Both the position numbers and the translations under genes were made by a program. The notes beneath the pieces are model-generated. The model was given only the letters and a program-made list of their open reading frames with translations. It was not told the DNA's origin and did not search any database. A DNA stretch of 64,000 nucleotides from Eledone cirrhosa (lineage: Eukaryota), in NCBI GenBank assembly GCA_964016885.1, contig OZ024741.1, positions 132,308,001-132,372,000 of the forward strand. The letters are read 5' to 3'. This document shows positions 11,585-26,499 of the stretch, piece by piece (positions within the stretch are counted from its first letter, which is position 1; every line of letters starts with the position of its first letter).

Positions 11585-12110
11585 CTGCATTTCAAATCTT
11601 CAATTTTCCAAATGATTCTTAGTTCAATCAGATGTTTACACGGCTACAGGCTTAACATTTTCTAAAGACGCCATTTTTTGGCGTGGGAACCTGTAGCGTA
11701 ATAGCTAAAGCACTCAGTCTGTGTCCTAGAGATGCGAGATTCGATTTCTCGTAGGCGCCTCTGTCCAAATTTTCCCTATTTCCAGGATACTTTACTCGAT
11801 TTTTTCTACTAATATTTATAGTGGCCGACTATTGTTATAGACATTTATATTTTGGACGACTACATTTCAAATTTCATATTTTCCCAATGTTCTTACGCCA
11901 ACCGGATATATGTATATATAATGGCAATGGCTGCTGTGGATGTGGCTATATAAATAAAACTATTCCTTCCCTATGTGTTTATTTATTATATATATATATA
12001 TATATACGTATGACTGGAATTGCATAAGCATTACGTCAGTCGATGTATTAAATTATTGTTGTAAACCTATTTTTTAGTGCACTCTGCAGAAGTCCTGCTT
12101 TACGTTGCAT
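11585..12110 (+). mobile_element. Second copy of the tRNA-module repeat at 7945-8510
   Basis: Colinear similarity, including gatgtttacacggctacaggcttaacatttt, taatagctaaagcactc, accggatatatgtata and cctgctttac. Confidence 0.75.
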
Positions 12111-12117
12111 AACTATA

Positions 12118-12150
12118 TCTATATACTACTAAAACTCTGATCTTGATTGG

Positions 12151-12205
<55 letters not shown>

Positions 12206-12210
12206 AACAC
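12118..12210 (+). mobile_element. Possible Helitron 5' terminal fragment followed by (GCTT)n
   Basis: A|TCTATATACTACTAAAACTCT followed by a tetranucleotide repeat. No 3' end is seen. Confidence 0.4.
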
Positions 12211-12245
12211 ACTTTCTCTCTATATATATGTTCATATTTGTGTAT

Positions 12246-12446
12246 ATACAGGTTGTCCCCCCAAAAAATGTATACCCACTTTGATTGCCTATACATGCAT
12301 TATTTGTTAGGATGGTGTATACATTTTTAGGGACTCCGGTATTATTATATATATATATAGAGTGTCCCCGAAAAATGTATACACACTTTGATTACCTGTA
12401 CAGGCAATATATATATTAGAATGGTGTATACATTTTTAGGGACCCC

Positions 12447-12507
<61 letters not shown>

Positions 12508-12591
12508 TGTCCCCGAAAAATGTATACACACTTTGATTACCTGTACAGGCAATATATATATTAGAATGGTGTATACATTTTTAGGGACCCC

Positions 12592-12656
<65 letters not shown>

Positions 12657-14155
12657 TGTCCCCGAAAAATGTATACACACTTTGATTACCTGTACAGGCA
12701 ATATATATATTAGAATGGTGTATACATTTTTAGGGACACCGGTATATATATATATATGGTGTCCCGGAAAAATGTAAACACACTTTGATTATCTGTACAA
12801 CCAATATATATATTAGAATGGTGCATACATTTTTCAGGACCCGGGTATATATATATATGGTTTCCCCGAAAAATGTATACACACTTTGATTACCTCTACA
12901 GGCAATATATATATTAAAATGGTGTATACATTTTTAGGGACACCGGTATATATGTATATATGGTTTCCCCGAAAAATGTATACACACTTTGATTACCTGT
13001 ACAGGCTATATATATATTAGAATGGTGTATACATTTTTAGGGACACTGGTATATATATATGGTATCCCGGAAAAATGTATACACACTTTGATTACCTGTA
13101 CAGGCAATATATATATTAGAATGGTGTATACATTTTTAGGGACCCCGGTATATATATATGGTGTCCCCGAAAAATGTATACACAGTTTGATTACCTGTAC
13201 AGGCAATATATATATTAGAATGGTTTATACATTTTTAGGGACACCAGTATATATATATATGGTGTCCCGGAAAAATGTATACACACTTTGATTACCTGTA
13301 CAACCAATATATATATTAGAATGGTGTATACATTTTTCAGGACCCAGGTATATATATATATGGTTTCCCCGAAAAATGTATACACACTTTGATTACCTGT
13401 ACAGGCAATATATATATTAGAATGGTGTATACATTTTTAGGGACACCGGTATATATATATATGGTGTCCCCGAAAAATGTATACACACTTTGATTACCTG
13501 TACAGGCTATATATATATTAGAATGGTGTATACATTTTTAGGGACACCGGTATATATATATATATGGTATCCCCCAAAAATGTATACACACTTTGATTAC
13601 CTGTACAGGCAATATATATATTAGAATGGTGTATACATTTTTAGGGACCCCGGTATATATATATGGTGTCCCCGAAAAATGTATACACACTTTGATTACC
13701 TGTACAGGCAATTTATATATTAGAATGGTGTATACATTTTTAGGGACCCCGGTATATATATATGGTGTCCCCGAAAAATGTATACACACTTTGATTACCT
13801 GTACAACCAATATATATATTAGAATGGTGTATACACTTTTAGGGACACCGGTATATATATATATGGTGTCCCGGAAAAATGTATACACACTTTGATTACC
13901 TGTACTAGACTACTCGTGACCCAACGGGTCACAAGTAGTCTAGTACAGGTACAATATATATATTAGAATGGTGTATACATTTTTAGGGACACCAGTATAT
14001 ATATACCGGTGTCCCTAAAAATGTATACACCATTCTAATATATATATTGCCTGTACAGGTAATCAAAGTGTGTATACATTTTTCGGGGACACCATATATA
14101 TATATATATATATATATATACCGGGGTCCCTAAAAATGTATACACCATTCAAATA
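12246..14155. repeat. Tandem array (~16 units, ~100 bp plus variable (TA)n) of a Tc1/mariner-type MITE, with an inverted terminal segment
   Basis: Each unit has TIRs ggtgtccc..aaaatgtatacac / gtgtatacattttt.gggacacc flanked by TA. The first unit begins TA-caggttgtccc. A hairpin insert lies at 13897-13951 and orientation flips at ~14000. Confidence 0.85.
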
Positions 14156-14400
14156 TATATATATAAAATTAGAATTGGTGCTCTGAAATAATATTTCAGA
14201 GCACCAATTCTAATTTTCATATATATATATAAAATATATATATATAAATATATATATTTATATATATATATATATATATATAAATATATACATATATATA
14301 TAACTCCCTATATATATAGTTGAGCTCTTTTTCTTGTACATACATATATATATATATATATACTGTTGAAAATTGCAAACTTGACTGTCACCACAGAATA

Positions 14401-14439
14401 TGAACCTGAAGATTGCGAAAGCATGAAAGTACTTGTTCA
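14401..14439 (+). ncRNA. Minimal 39-nt hammerhead ribozyme, type I
   Basis: tgaac-CTGAAGA-t-tgc-gaaa-gca-t-GAAA-gtac-TT-gttca. Stem I is perfect, stem II is capped by GAAA, and stem III is the palindrome aagtactt. Confidence 0.8.
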
Positions 14440-14690
14440 ATTAACACTTAACATTTAATATTCTACCATACTATTTCATTCTAATACCATTATAAATGTT
14501 AAAGGATTGTAAATAAAACGAGTAAATCAGACAAAGTTGGAATTCCTTTTATTAATATATATATATAAAGATTTACATATACACAAACTAGACAAAGTCA
14601 TAGATATATATATATATATATGTTTTTGGCAACCATTCACGATGTGGCTCAATGACGAATTAATTAATTAAATAATCAACAATCAGAGCA

Positions 14691-15293
14691 ATATACAATA
14701 AGGTATGTCCATAGAATCATTTGATAAGATATATACACCATCTCCTCTCCCAATCTGCATAATCAACCACACAAAAAACCAATTAAACCAGGCTATAAGA
14801 TTAAAAGGCACCTATGAAGAAATAATAGATAAATAAACGACAGCCATCTATTCGCGATCAACAGCTATAGAATATTTACCCAACATTTCAATAGCACGTG
14901 GAAATCGATTAAATATATCGTCAACCGTACACAATTAGGTATAAAATTAAAGTTAGAAGAAAAAAATGTATATAAACATACCAAGATGACGGTTCTACCC
15001 CATTGGGTTTCATTTGCTTTTGGAAATATCCGATCAAGGATAAATTCACGAGCTTCGAAATCATCAGGAAACAAACTCATTTGGACGAAGACTTTTCTTA
15101 AATGATCCCCGCCAGAAACGAATTCAACGTGCTATTGAAATGCTGGGTAAATATTCTATAGCTGTTGATCGCGAATAGATGGCTGTCGTTTATTTATCTA
15201 TTATTGTTTTTTTTTTGTGTGTGTGGTTGATTATGCAGATTGGGAGAGGAGATGGTGTATATATCTTATCAAATGATTCTATGGACATACCTT

Positions 15294-15302
<9 letters not shown>
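14691..15302. mobile_element. Fold-back non-coding element with a hammerhead in the spacer
   Basis: Inverted arms ~14691-14903 and ~15123-15302. The right end abuts (TA)n. Confidence 0.8.
14993..15070 (-). ncRNA. Hammerhead ribozyme, type I (short stem I)
   Basis: Minus strand: ttc-CTGATGA-tttcg...gcaaat-GAAA-ccc-aatg-ggg-TA-gaa. Confidence 0.55.
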
Positions 15303-15338
<36 letters not shown>

Positions 15339-16188
15339 TATCATTTATGTTAGGCTGTTTACTAATGGGTAGAACCAATGTTTCGAGTTGGTAAACGATG
15401 ATGCAACAAATTAATTAAAGCACTCAACGTTATGCAAATCAACAGAAGGCCGGACTGGAAAATTTCCTTTAAGAAATTTGATTCCACGAAAGCACTATAC
15501 ATATTTTGATGGCCCAACTCTATCATCCGATTATGATGCAAGAATAGGCGATTTCATCAGGTTTTGTTTTCAGAATTATGTAACAGGATTACGTTGAACC
15601 TTCTACCATCTATCTTATATTACGAATATAGGATAGATGGTAGAAGATAGAAAAAATAAGAAATAGAAAATAGAAAATAGTGGACCGATTCGATTCAGGG
15701 ACAGCCTGCTAATTTAGTGTTATATCGATAGCAGACGGTCTCCGAATATATATATATATTACACACATACACACACCACAATTAATCGGTAAAATTTGCA
15801 AACTAACATCCTCACCTTAACTTCAATGTACACGAATGTTGTATTGTATTGTTGCTTGTTTTTTTTATTCTATTTTGTTTGATTTTGTTGTTGTATTTTT
15901 GTATTAAATAACTGAAGCGACATCATTGTTTTTTGTTTTTTGTTGTTTGTTTTTTCATGTCTGCTACAATTCATGTCTGCATCAAATTTTATTGATCTCT
16001 CTTTGTCAAATCACTATCTTAGAGGACATAAACAAACAGTAATAGTAAACACTCACTCACACCTGCACGCAGATACGCATGCAACACGTACACATTCACC
16101 AGCATATATACAACGGGCTTCCATACAGTTTATGTCTAACAAAGACAAAAAAAGAAAGAGAGAGCGAGATACATACATATATAAATCC

Positions 16189-16259
<71 letters not shown>

Positions 16260-16333
16260 TGATGGTAGCTAAGATGCTTCCATAGGCGGTATACCGGTTG
16301 AGCACTCTATGCTCTTACAGAGCAGAGTATGAT

Positions 16334-16925
<592 letters not shown>

Positions 16926-17015
16926 TTTATTATATATTTATAAATTTACAAATTTATAAATTTCTGGTTGGTTGGTTGGTTCCACAACCAGATAGTTGTT
17001 TATATATATATATAT

Positions 17016-17060
17016 AGTCATAGTTCTTTCGTCACACACTCTGTGACCTCTTCAGTGACT
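17016..17060 (-). ncRNA. Minimal hammerhead ribozyme, type I
   Basis: Minus strand: agtca-CTGAAGA-g-gtcaca-gagtg-tgtgac-GAAA-gaac-TA-tgact, running directly into (TA)n. Confidence 0.8.
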
Positions 17061-17114
17061 GGGGATTTCTTTCTTCGTTTCTGTGCCTTTCCTTTCTTCT
17101 ATCCTACGCCATTT

Positions 17115-17243
<129 letters not shown>

Positions 17244-17255
17244 TATATATATGTA

Positions 17256-17490
<235 letters not shown>

Positions 17491-17508
17491 TATATATATG
17501 TATATATG

Positions 17509-17622
<114 letters not shown>

Positions 17623-18067
17623 GAAAGCGTATGGCTAAGTGGTTAGAGAATTGGATTCACAATCTTGAGGTTGTGTGTTCAATTCCTGGACCGGGCGATG
17701 CGTTATCTCCTTGAACAAGACACTTTATTTCATGTTGCTCCTTCAACCTGGAGTTGCGACCGATAGATAGTACTAGCCACTGGAAAGACCGACGAAAACA
17801 TTGTTTACTTGGTCCGATTTGACGAAAGTCGATCGATATATATATATCGATATATATATATATGTATGTATACGTACATACATATATGTATACAGACGTT
17901 CAGTATTATGTATATATACATACATGCACACATATATATATATGTGTACGTATGGATTTACCGAACATTTATTATAATGCTCGGTGTGTTTGTAAACAAA
18001 CATCCCGAATTAAGCCGTACAGTGTTTAGCAACCATCGTTGCCCTTTTGTTCAACACTGACAAAGGA

Positions 18068-18110
18068 ACGTTGTACTAATTTCAAGCTTATTAGCTATCG
18101 TCAGCACCGT
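18068..18110 (-). ncRNA. Family A hammerhead (C>T in stem III)
   Basis: Minus strand: acggtg-CTGACGA-t-agct-aata-agct-t-GAAAT-ta-GTA-caacgt. Confidence 0.7.
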
Positions 18111-18344
18111 ATACCTTCCTGCCAGATGATTGAACGTCTGAAAGTATATACTTTCCTTATGCATATTAACGGCTGGGCAGCCTAATTTGCATATCGAGTG
18201 AGTTAATCGGCCGGGTGCATGAAAAAATGAAACGAAATTTCATTTCTCACTTTTAGTCCGGCTGTTACTTAAATATAAGTATGTATACGTACATACACAT
18301 ATGTATACAGACGTTCAGTAGTATGTTTATATATATACATACAT

Positions 18345-18412
<68 letters not shown>

Positions 18413-18644
18413 GTATGGATTTACCGAACATTTATTATAATGCTCGGTGTGTTTGTAAACAAACATCCCGAATTAAGCCGTACAGTGTTTAGCAACCATC
18501 GTTGCTCTTTTGTTCAACACTGACAAAGGAACCGGTGCGCCCGGCCGATTAACTCACTCGATATGCAAATTAGGCTGCTCAACCGTTAATATGTATAAGG
18601 AAAGTATATACTTTCAGACGTTCAATCATCTGGCAGGAAGGTAT

Positions 18645-18687
18645 ACGGTGCTGACGATAACTAATAAGCTTGAAACTAGTACATCGT
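18645..18687 (+). ncRNA. Family A hammerhead
   Basis: acggtg-CTGACGA-taactaataagctt-GAAAC-ta-GTA-catcgt. Confidence 0.75.
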
Positions 18688-18825
18688 TCCTTTGTCAGTG
18701 TTGAACAAAAGAGCAACGATGGTTGCTAAACACTGTACGGCTTAATTCGGGATGTTTGTTTACAAACACACCGAGCATTATAATAAATGTTAGGTAAATC
18801 CATACGTACATATATATATGTGTGC

Positions 18826-18864
<39 letters not shown>

Positions 18865-18964
18865 CTACTGTACGTCTGTATACATATATGTGTGTACGTA
18901 TATATACTTATATTTAAATAACAGCCGTACTAAGAGTGAGAAATGAAATTTCGTTTATTTTTTC

Positions 18965-19099
<135 letters not shown>

Positions 19100-19204
19100 T
19101 ATATCCTGTGAAGGAGGCCATTTTCTTTTTATATAACAGGCTGAATGTGTTGGGGAGTATAAACCAACGAAATTTAAGCACCTGTATATGTCACTATTGT
19201 AACT

Positions 19205-19244
<40 letters not shown>

Positions 19245-20049
19245 TTATATAAATATATATATATACATATGTGCATGTGTGTATGTGTATATGTATATAT
19301 ATTTCAGACAAACGTATTATGTAAAGAGCATGAATATGCCTGTGTATGTATGTATGTATATATATTGTTCATGTGTAATTATTCTATAAATTTTCATCAA
19401 TAGAAAGAGTGCCAGTTTCTAACATAGACACAAGACTCTTTCATTCAAATTTAGACATCAACTAGGTAAATACATATGTGTGTGTGTTTGTTTGTGTGTG
19501 TTTGTGTGTGTTTGTGTGTGTTTGTGTGTCTGTGTGTTTGTATGTATGTGTGTGTTTGTGTGTATGCAGTTATGGATGTTATTGTACGAGTGGATCTGCA
19601 TGTTTTGAGTTATATGTGTACACGTGCAGATGTTTCTGTGTCTATATATGTGTATGTGTAGTTATTACATGTATGTATGTTTGCATCTCCTGGGTCAAAA
19701 TTCAAATTGGCTGAATGAGTTCTCTTTAAAATGGCGCCTCAAATAAACACGGCCCATCCTTGACTTCCTGGGAACCAACCCAATGTACCAGTTGAACACA
19801 AACCTCATAGGCCCTATCTTTCTCTCTATTCCTCGCTATCTCCCTCACTCTCCCTTTCTCTCTCTCTCATTCTGTTATATATGTATATATATACCTATCT
19901 ATCTGTTTATCTCTCTCATTCTCTCTCTCTTGGATATATACATACACATATATATACCCTCTTACTGCTATCTCAAGCGTTAACCTAATATATTCCTTCC
20001 ATATACTGTACCGATTGTGTTGATATTTCTGTTTACCTTTTACACACAG

Positions 20050-20089
<40 letters not shown>

Positions 20090-20094
20090 TTATA

Positions 20095-20167
<73 letters not shown>

Positions 20168-20172
20168 TTATA

Positions 20173-20262
<90 letters not shown>

Positions 20263-20331
20263 TACGTTATTCCGGGTTGAATCGGAGGTAACCACAGTAA
20301 GTAAGGTACTCAATACATTGCAGAGTATAAA

Positions 20332-20451
20332 AGTTTTAATATAGATGAGATTCTACAGGACTAGAACTGTTTCATTCTTTAGAAATCATCAGGATGATTT
20401 CTAAAGAATGAAACAGTTCTAGTCCTGTAGAATCTCATCTATATTAAAACT
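20332..20451. repeat. Perfect 120-bp palindrome centred on a hammerhead core
   Basis: Arms mirror around tcatc-ag-gatga. The minus strand reads c-CTGATGA-tttctaaagaat-GAAAC-agttcta-GTC-ctgtag; the 5' strand of stem I is lost at the fold point. Confidence 0.9.
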
Positions 20452-20501
<50 letters not shown>

Positions 20502-20625
20502 GTTCTATTTAAATTGTTGGTATACAACAAGCAAATATTTTTATAACTGATATAAAGCACTCAACAAATTATTGGAGTAAAAATACGTTATATTAACAAA
20601 TGGAAACTATATTTATAAGTATTGG

Positions 20626-20713
<88 letters not shown>

Positions 20714-20737
20714 CATATATATATAGAGAGAAATAGA

Positions 20738-21080
20738 TAGATTTCTTTATTAGCCACAGGGGCACAAAAGAAGGGGACAAATACAAAGGGGGAAGTTTAC
20801 ATACAATAAAAACGTGTAAAATGTTATCACAGATGGAATTTAAAAGTTAGTCGATTTTCCCCAATAGAGGGAGACAGTTTATATGGGTAACACAGACCCC
20901 CGAAAAAAATGTGCAACCCTCATCTCCAGGAGTACGAAGAGCTTGTACTCCTTTCCTCTCCTCCTCCTTTTCCTCAACCTACAGGCTGATATAGAGAGAA
21001 ATAGATAGATAGATAGATATATAGATAGATATAGATAGATAGATAGAGAGATAGATAGATAGATAGATATATAGATAGAT

Positions 21081-21114
<34 letters not shown>

Positions 21115-21345
21115 TTCTTTATTTACCATAAAGGCATAAAAAGAAGGGACAAATACAAAGGGGGAGTTTACATATAATCGAGTAAAAAGGGTGTAACATG
21201 AAAATAATCGAAAATAACCTCAAAAGGGAGGGGACGTGATGGGGGTTGCACACACCCCCGAAAAAGTGTGCAATCCTTTGCCCGGGGAGCACATGGAGAA
21301 GGTGCTCCCCTCTCCTTTACTTCTTTACCTACAGGATGGTATACA
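20738..21345 (-). mobile_element. Two diverged tandem 3'-end fragments of a non-LTR element within (GATA)n
   Basis: agatttctttatt...ggca-aaaagaaggg-acaaatacaaaggggga at ~20738 and ~21111. The minus strand ends aataaagaaatct-(atct)n. Confidence 0.55.
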
Positions 21346-21351
21346 GAGAAT

Positions 21352-21401
<50 letters not shown>

Positions 21402-22115
21402 TCATGGATAGATAGATACATAGATAGATAGATATAAGATACATGGATTCATGCATGTTGTATACTTATAAATAATATATAAACAATGAATCGTGTTATA
21501 GATTTAAAGAGTAAAATACGAACAGAAGGTGGTATTATTTCACTGTTTACAATTAGAAATGGCTTAATTACATAAAGTACATTATCGTGTACATTTGTAA
21601 ACAGGGTTCTGTTCTGTCTACAACACATAGGTTCATATGTACACACTGTACATACATCACACACACACACACACATACACACACTCACACTTACACACAC
21701 TTACACACACACACACTTACACACATACACATACACATACTCACACACACTCACATACATACACACTCAACCACTTAGACGCAAACTCATACACATACAC
21801 ATACACTTACACACACATACTCACATATACACACACGCACTCACATACATACACACACTCAAGCACTTGCACACACACTCACATACATACACATACACAC
21901 ACACACTTACACACACATATACTCACACAAACGTTCGCACACACTCATACAATACACATGCACACGCACACACCCATTGACATACATACATATACACACT
22001 CACACACAGACACACGTGTGTGTGTTTAGAGAAAGAGGCAAGAAAAGGAAAGAAAGATTGAGTGAAACAGGAAGAAATGATAATACTGAAGCAAGGAAGT
22101 TCGAATGAATGCAAT

Positions 22116-22147
<32 letters not shown>

Positions 22148-22165
22148 CGTGTGTGTCTGTGTATA

Positions 22166-22254
<89 letters not shown>

Positions 22255-22294
22255 ATATATATATACACATATATATATATATATATATACGTAC

Positions 22295-22373
<79 letters not shown>

Positions 22374-22421
22374 CATATATATATATACGTATATATATTC
22401 ATATATGTATATATATAAATG

Positions 22422-22452
<31 letters not shown>

Positions 22453-22754
22453 ATGTGTTTAGTTTTAACTAAACGCATATCACAATATATTTACCGTGTG
22501 TGTGAGAGAGAGAAAGTGTGTGTGTGTGTGTGTGTGTTTGTGTGTGCGTGTGTGCATGTATGTGTGTTTGTATGTGTGTGTGTGTGTGTGTGTGTGTATG
22601 AGAGTGTGTCAGTGTGTGTGTATGTGTGTATGTGTGTGTGAAACGTGTGTTACGATACAAATGATCACAATAAATGACAGTTAGAAAAATTGGGAGGAAT
22701 ATGGAAAAACTAGTTGACAGTGGTGCCTGTGATTAATCAAATATACACACACAC

Positions 22755-22805
<51 letters not shown>

Positions 22806-23298
22806 CATGTATGTATGTATATAAGGTCCCATACCCCCCGGCGGAGTGGCAGGGGCGCTGTATTAACATACGATCTTTCTAGGGTATTTTTAAAAAACCT
22901 GACGGGGTCCATCTCCTCTCCAGGTCAAAATACACCACATTTCTTCTCACTTTTTATCCTTCACTGTAAGAAATATTTTGTCTTCACACCTGGAAAAGGA
23001 TGGGTTCCGCCAAGGTTTAAAATGCCAAAGAAATACCGCGTGTCACTACGGCACCTATGCGACTCCAATAAGGTTTTACGGGACCATATCATACCATGGA
23101 TGGATGGATGCTTATATATATGTTTGTAGGTATTTATGTATGTGTATATATCTAATATCCCCTGTCCCTTTATGTAACATATATGCGACATATATGTGCG
23201 TGTGTGAACGTGTGTATGCGAGTGCATGCAGGTGTATGCAGGTGCATGAGCGAGTGAAAGATAGAAAGAAAGAGTGAGAGTGCGCGCGTGCGTGTTTG

Positions 23299-23342
<44 letters not shown>

Positions 23343-23409
23343 CGTGTGTATGTGTTAGTATGTGTGTGTGTTCAATTTTTCTTTTTTTTTTATTTAATCT
23401 GGTACTTAC

Positions 23410-23435
23410 CGGTGTTGGAACATCCTCACTGTATA
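23410..23435 (-). CDS. Candidate 26-nt micro-exon of an unidentified host gene
   Basis: tttcatatccAG|tatacagtgaggatgttccaacaccg|GTAAGT. Completes the phase-1 donor at 24001 and reads IYSEDVPTP. Confidence 0.4.
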
Positions 23436-23866
23436 CTGGATATGAAACGGATAGTTGAATATATAATATAAAGATAATATAGATGTATGTATGTAACGTA
23501 TATATGTTTATGTATGTATGTAAGTATGTATGTATGTATATATGTATGTTATTCTGATTTCGTTTTTAATTTCTCACCAACAGAGGGAGAGAGCCGGTTT
23601 TTAACACGAAAACAAGCTTCTTTCATTGAATTTAGACAGAATCAACAAGTTAATTATGCCTTTATATGTTTATGTGTGTGAATGGATGTGTTTATAAGTG
23701 TGTTTATAAGTGTGTGAATAAGTATGTAGTTGTTCGTGTGTATGGGAGTGTATGTTTATGTGTGTGTGTGTGTGAGTGTGTATACAACTATGTTTATTAT
23801 TGCATATGTGGATCTGTGTGGTTTGAGTTATATATGCACATATGCATATGTTTTAATATCAGTATG

Positions 23867-23900
<34 letters not shown>

Positions 23901-23934
23901 TGTATGTATGTATGTATGTATGTGTGTGTGTATG

Positions 23935-23966
<32 letters not shown>

Positions 23967-24000
23967 GTAGAGAAGAGACAGTATGGGCCACCTCTCTTAC

Positions 24001-24518
24001 TTGCTGTCTTTGCTTGTTGTTCCTGTGACAGACAGTTTAAAGATTCCGTAGGTAGCTTCTGTCTGTTAACAGCATCTGCCTCTCTCACACGGCAGAAGGT
24101 AGAGGCACTGGACGGTGGGGGTTGTGGTGATGGTGGTGATGGTGGTGGTGCTTGTGGTGCTTGTGGTGGTGGTGGCGGTGATGATGGTTATGGTGGCGGT
24201 GGTGTGTTTATTGTGGTAGTGAAAGTGGCAGCGGCATGGATAGTGATGGGGTGCGTGGGGTGTTCTGGTGATGGGGAGTTCGGGGATATGGAGGGTATGG
24301 TAGAAGGGTGTTTGGAGGGGGGGGGGGGGGGGGTCTGGTTGTGGTGTGTTTGGTGGTGGTGGCGTCGTCGTTGTCGTTGTCGCTTTTGTTGTAGTGGAAA
24401 TAGCGGTGGCGGCGACGGTGTTCGTTGGTGGTGGCGGCGGTGAATATAGTGTTGGTGCTGTTGTTGCTGTTACATTTGTTGGATGGTAATTGTGATGGTG
24501 TAGAAGACGGTAGTTCAG
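24001..24518 (-). CDS. Candidate Pro/Thr/Ser-rich exon (one frameshift in a 17-C run, one TAA at 24188-24190)
   Basis: taatAG|LNYRLLHHH...PPPPPTNT...PPSSASTFCRVREADAVNRQKLPTESLNCLSQEQQAKTA|GTAAGA. A GC-rich island among microsatellites. Confidence 0.4.
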
Positions 24519-24882
24519 CTATTAGTAATAATCATGTATGAGTGTGTGGCTTTGTGCCTATGTGTCTTTGTGTGTATGTATGTGAGTGTAATGGCGTGTG
24601 GTGATCGCCTGTGAAGGTTCATCGAACGGGTATATGATCAAAGGCATTCCAGCGTTTAGTGTACGTAAGAAGACATTATCTAATATGCACTGTCCCTTTA
24701 TGTAACGTGGTGGTGTATGAATGTGAGAAACATTTGGCTGCTGTTTCTAGCTGGTTGAGCGACCACATAGTGACTTTCTCGTTGGCTTTGTAATGTTGGT
24801 ATTTGCCTGATTGTATGTTTGTGTTTGTGTGTGTGTGTATTTGTGTTTGTGTGTGTGATAGTGTTTGCGTGTGTATCCGTAT

Positions 24883-24945
<63 letters not shown>

Positions 24946-25145
24946 AGTTTGCGTGTGTATCCGTATGTGTGTGCGGGTGTTTGTGTTTGCATGCATGTAT
25001 ATCCATGCGTGTGTATTTGTGTTTGTGTTTGATTGTGTATCCGTGTGTGTGTGTATGTGTGTGTGTGTGTGTGCGTGTATTCGCCTTTGTATTTGCATGT
25101 GTATCCGTGTTTATATATATATATGCATGTATGTATGTATTATGG

Positions 25146-25176
<31 letters not shown>

Positions 25177-26499
25177 ATATATATACATACATACATATAT
25201 ATGCATGCATGTATGTATATGGGTGTGGTAGCGGTACATGTGCTTAGTCAAGTATTATTTGTGTTGGTGGGGTGGGAGGTTTACGGGTATATATGTGTGT
25301 AATTGTGTATGACAGATGTGTTTGTCATGAAAATGGTGATAGTGTTGTTGTAGGTGTTGATGGCATTTCATAATGTTGTTTTTGTTTATGCCACAGTGAC
25401 AGAGGGCGGCGAGTTGGCGAAGTCGTTGGAATGTCGGATAGAACATGTTTTGGCTCTCTGACTTCAAATCCAGCGGAGATCAACTTCAAATGTTTCCGAG
25501 ATCGATAAAAAAAGGTACCAGTCCAGTACTAGAGTCGATTCTTCCTCTATATCTCTTTATGTCTTCTCTCTCTCTCTCTCACTCTCTTCCTTTCTCCTTT
25601 TCTGGAAGAAATCGTTTTTGTTCAGAGGAGATAGGCTTCGCCAGATTTAAAATATCCCAGACAGGCCATATATCACATCTGCTTCCTTCCAACTCCACAA
25701 GGAATTATGGGTCTATGCACACATGCATGCTTATAGTGATTGATGGTAGATATATAGGTTGTTGTTGTTTATCCCCAGGTCAGACATAATCCTGCAGTCT
25801 TATAAACAAATATCCGTACGTTAGCCATCACATATTTTATTGAAATTTATTCTTTCTCTCTTTCTTGCAAGTCAATAGAATGATGGTGAAAGGAGTGGGG
25901 TCAGAATGTGAACGCTACTTTTTTACCCCTAAAATGTAGTCAATTAATAAGAGAAGGACGAGAGACAGACCCAAAATTTGACAGGTACTTTAGTTGTAGA
26001 ACATGAAGTGACGAAAACCATATTCGACTTTGGCGGGATTTGAATTTAGAGTCGGAACAACTAAGATAAGGCATTATATCCAACACTCTGATGACTTGTG
26101 ATAGTGTGTGGTATGAAGAATATTTGTCTGATATTTCTAGCAGATCGAAAAGTGGATTATTGAAGCTTTTGCTGAATCCTAGGTTGTCCCTGCTTAAGCA
26201 ATTTTATCATCCAAAGACTTTCTAGCCTTGCGCATACCGTCTTTTCTCTATTCCATGCGTCTTTTTTTTCTAAGACGGTAGAGTGTAATTCGGAGGAAAT
26301 GTTGGAAGACTGGACGCTTAGAGAGGAAATGGTCACCACCAATCATTTTTAAGGCGCATGATAGACATTCGGTTCGAAAATAACACACCGGATCGGCCGA
26401 GGACCAGAAAACCAACGACTGCTTTTTCTATTACCATTCCTCAGAGTGTAAGCGACCAGCGCGTGCAGCCGGAACAATGTCTACAATGATAATGACATC

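Noticed and set aside
15365-15565. Hammerhead from minus-strand CTGATGA (~15554) and GAAAC-attg-GTT (~15375)
   Set aside because: The halves are ~170 nt apart with no complementary stem I.
23730-24443. Plus-strand Gly-rich 237-aa ORF
   Set aside because: It begins in microsatellite, and the splice signals favour the minus-strand Pro/Thr-rich reading.
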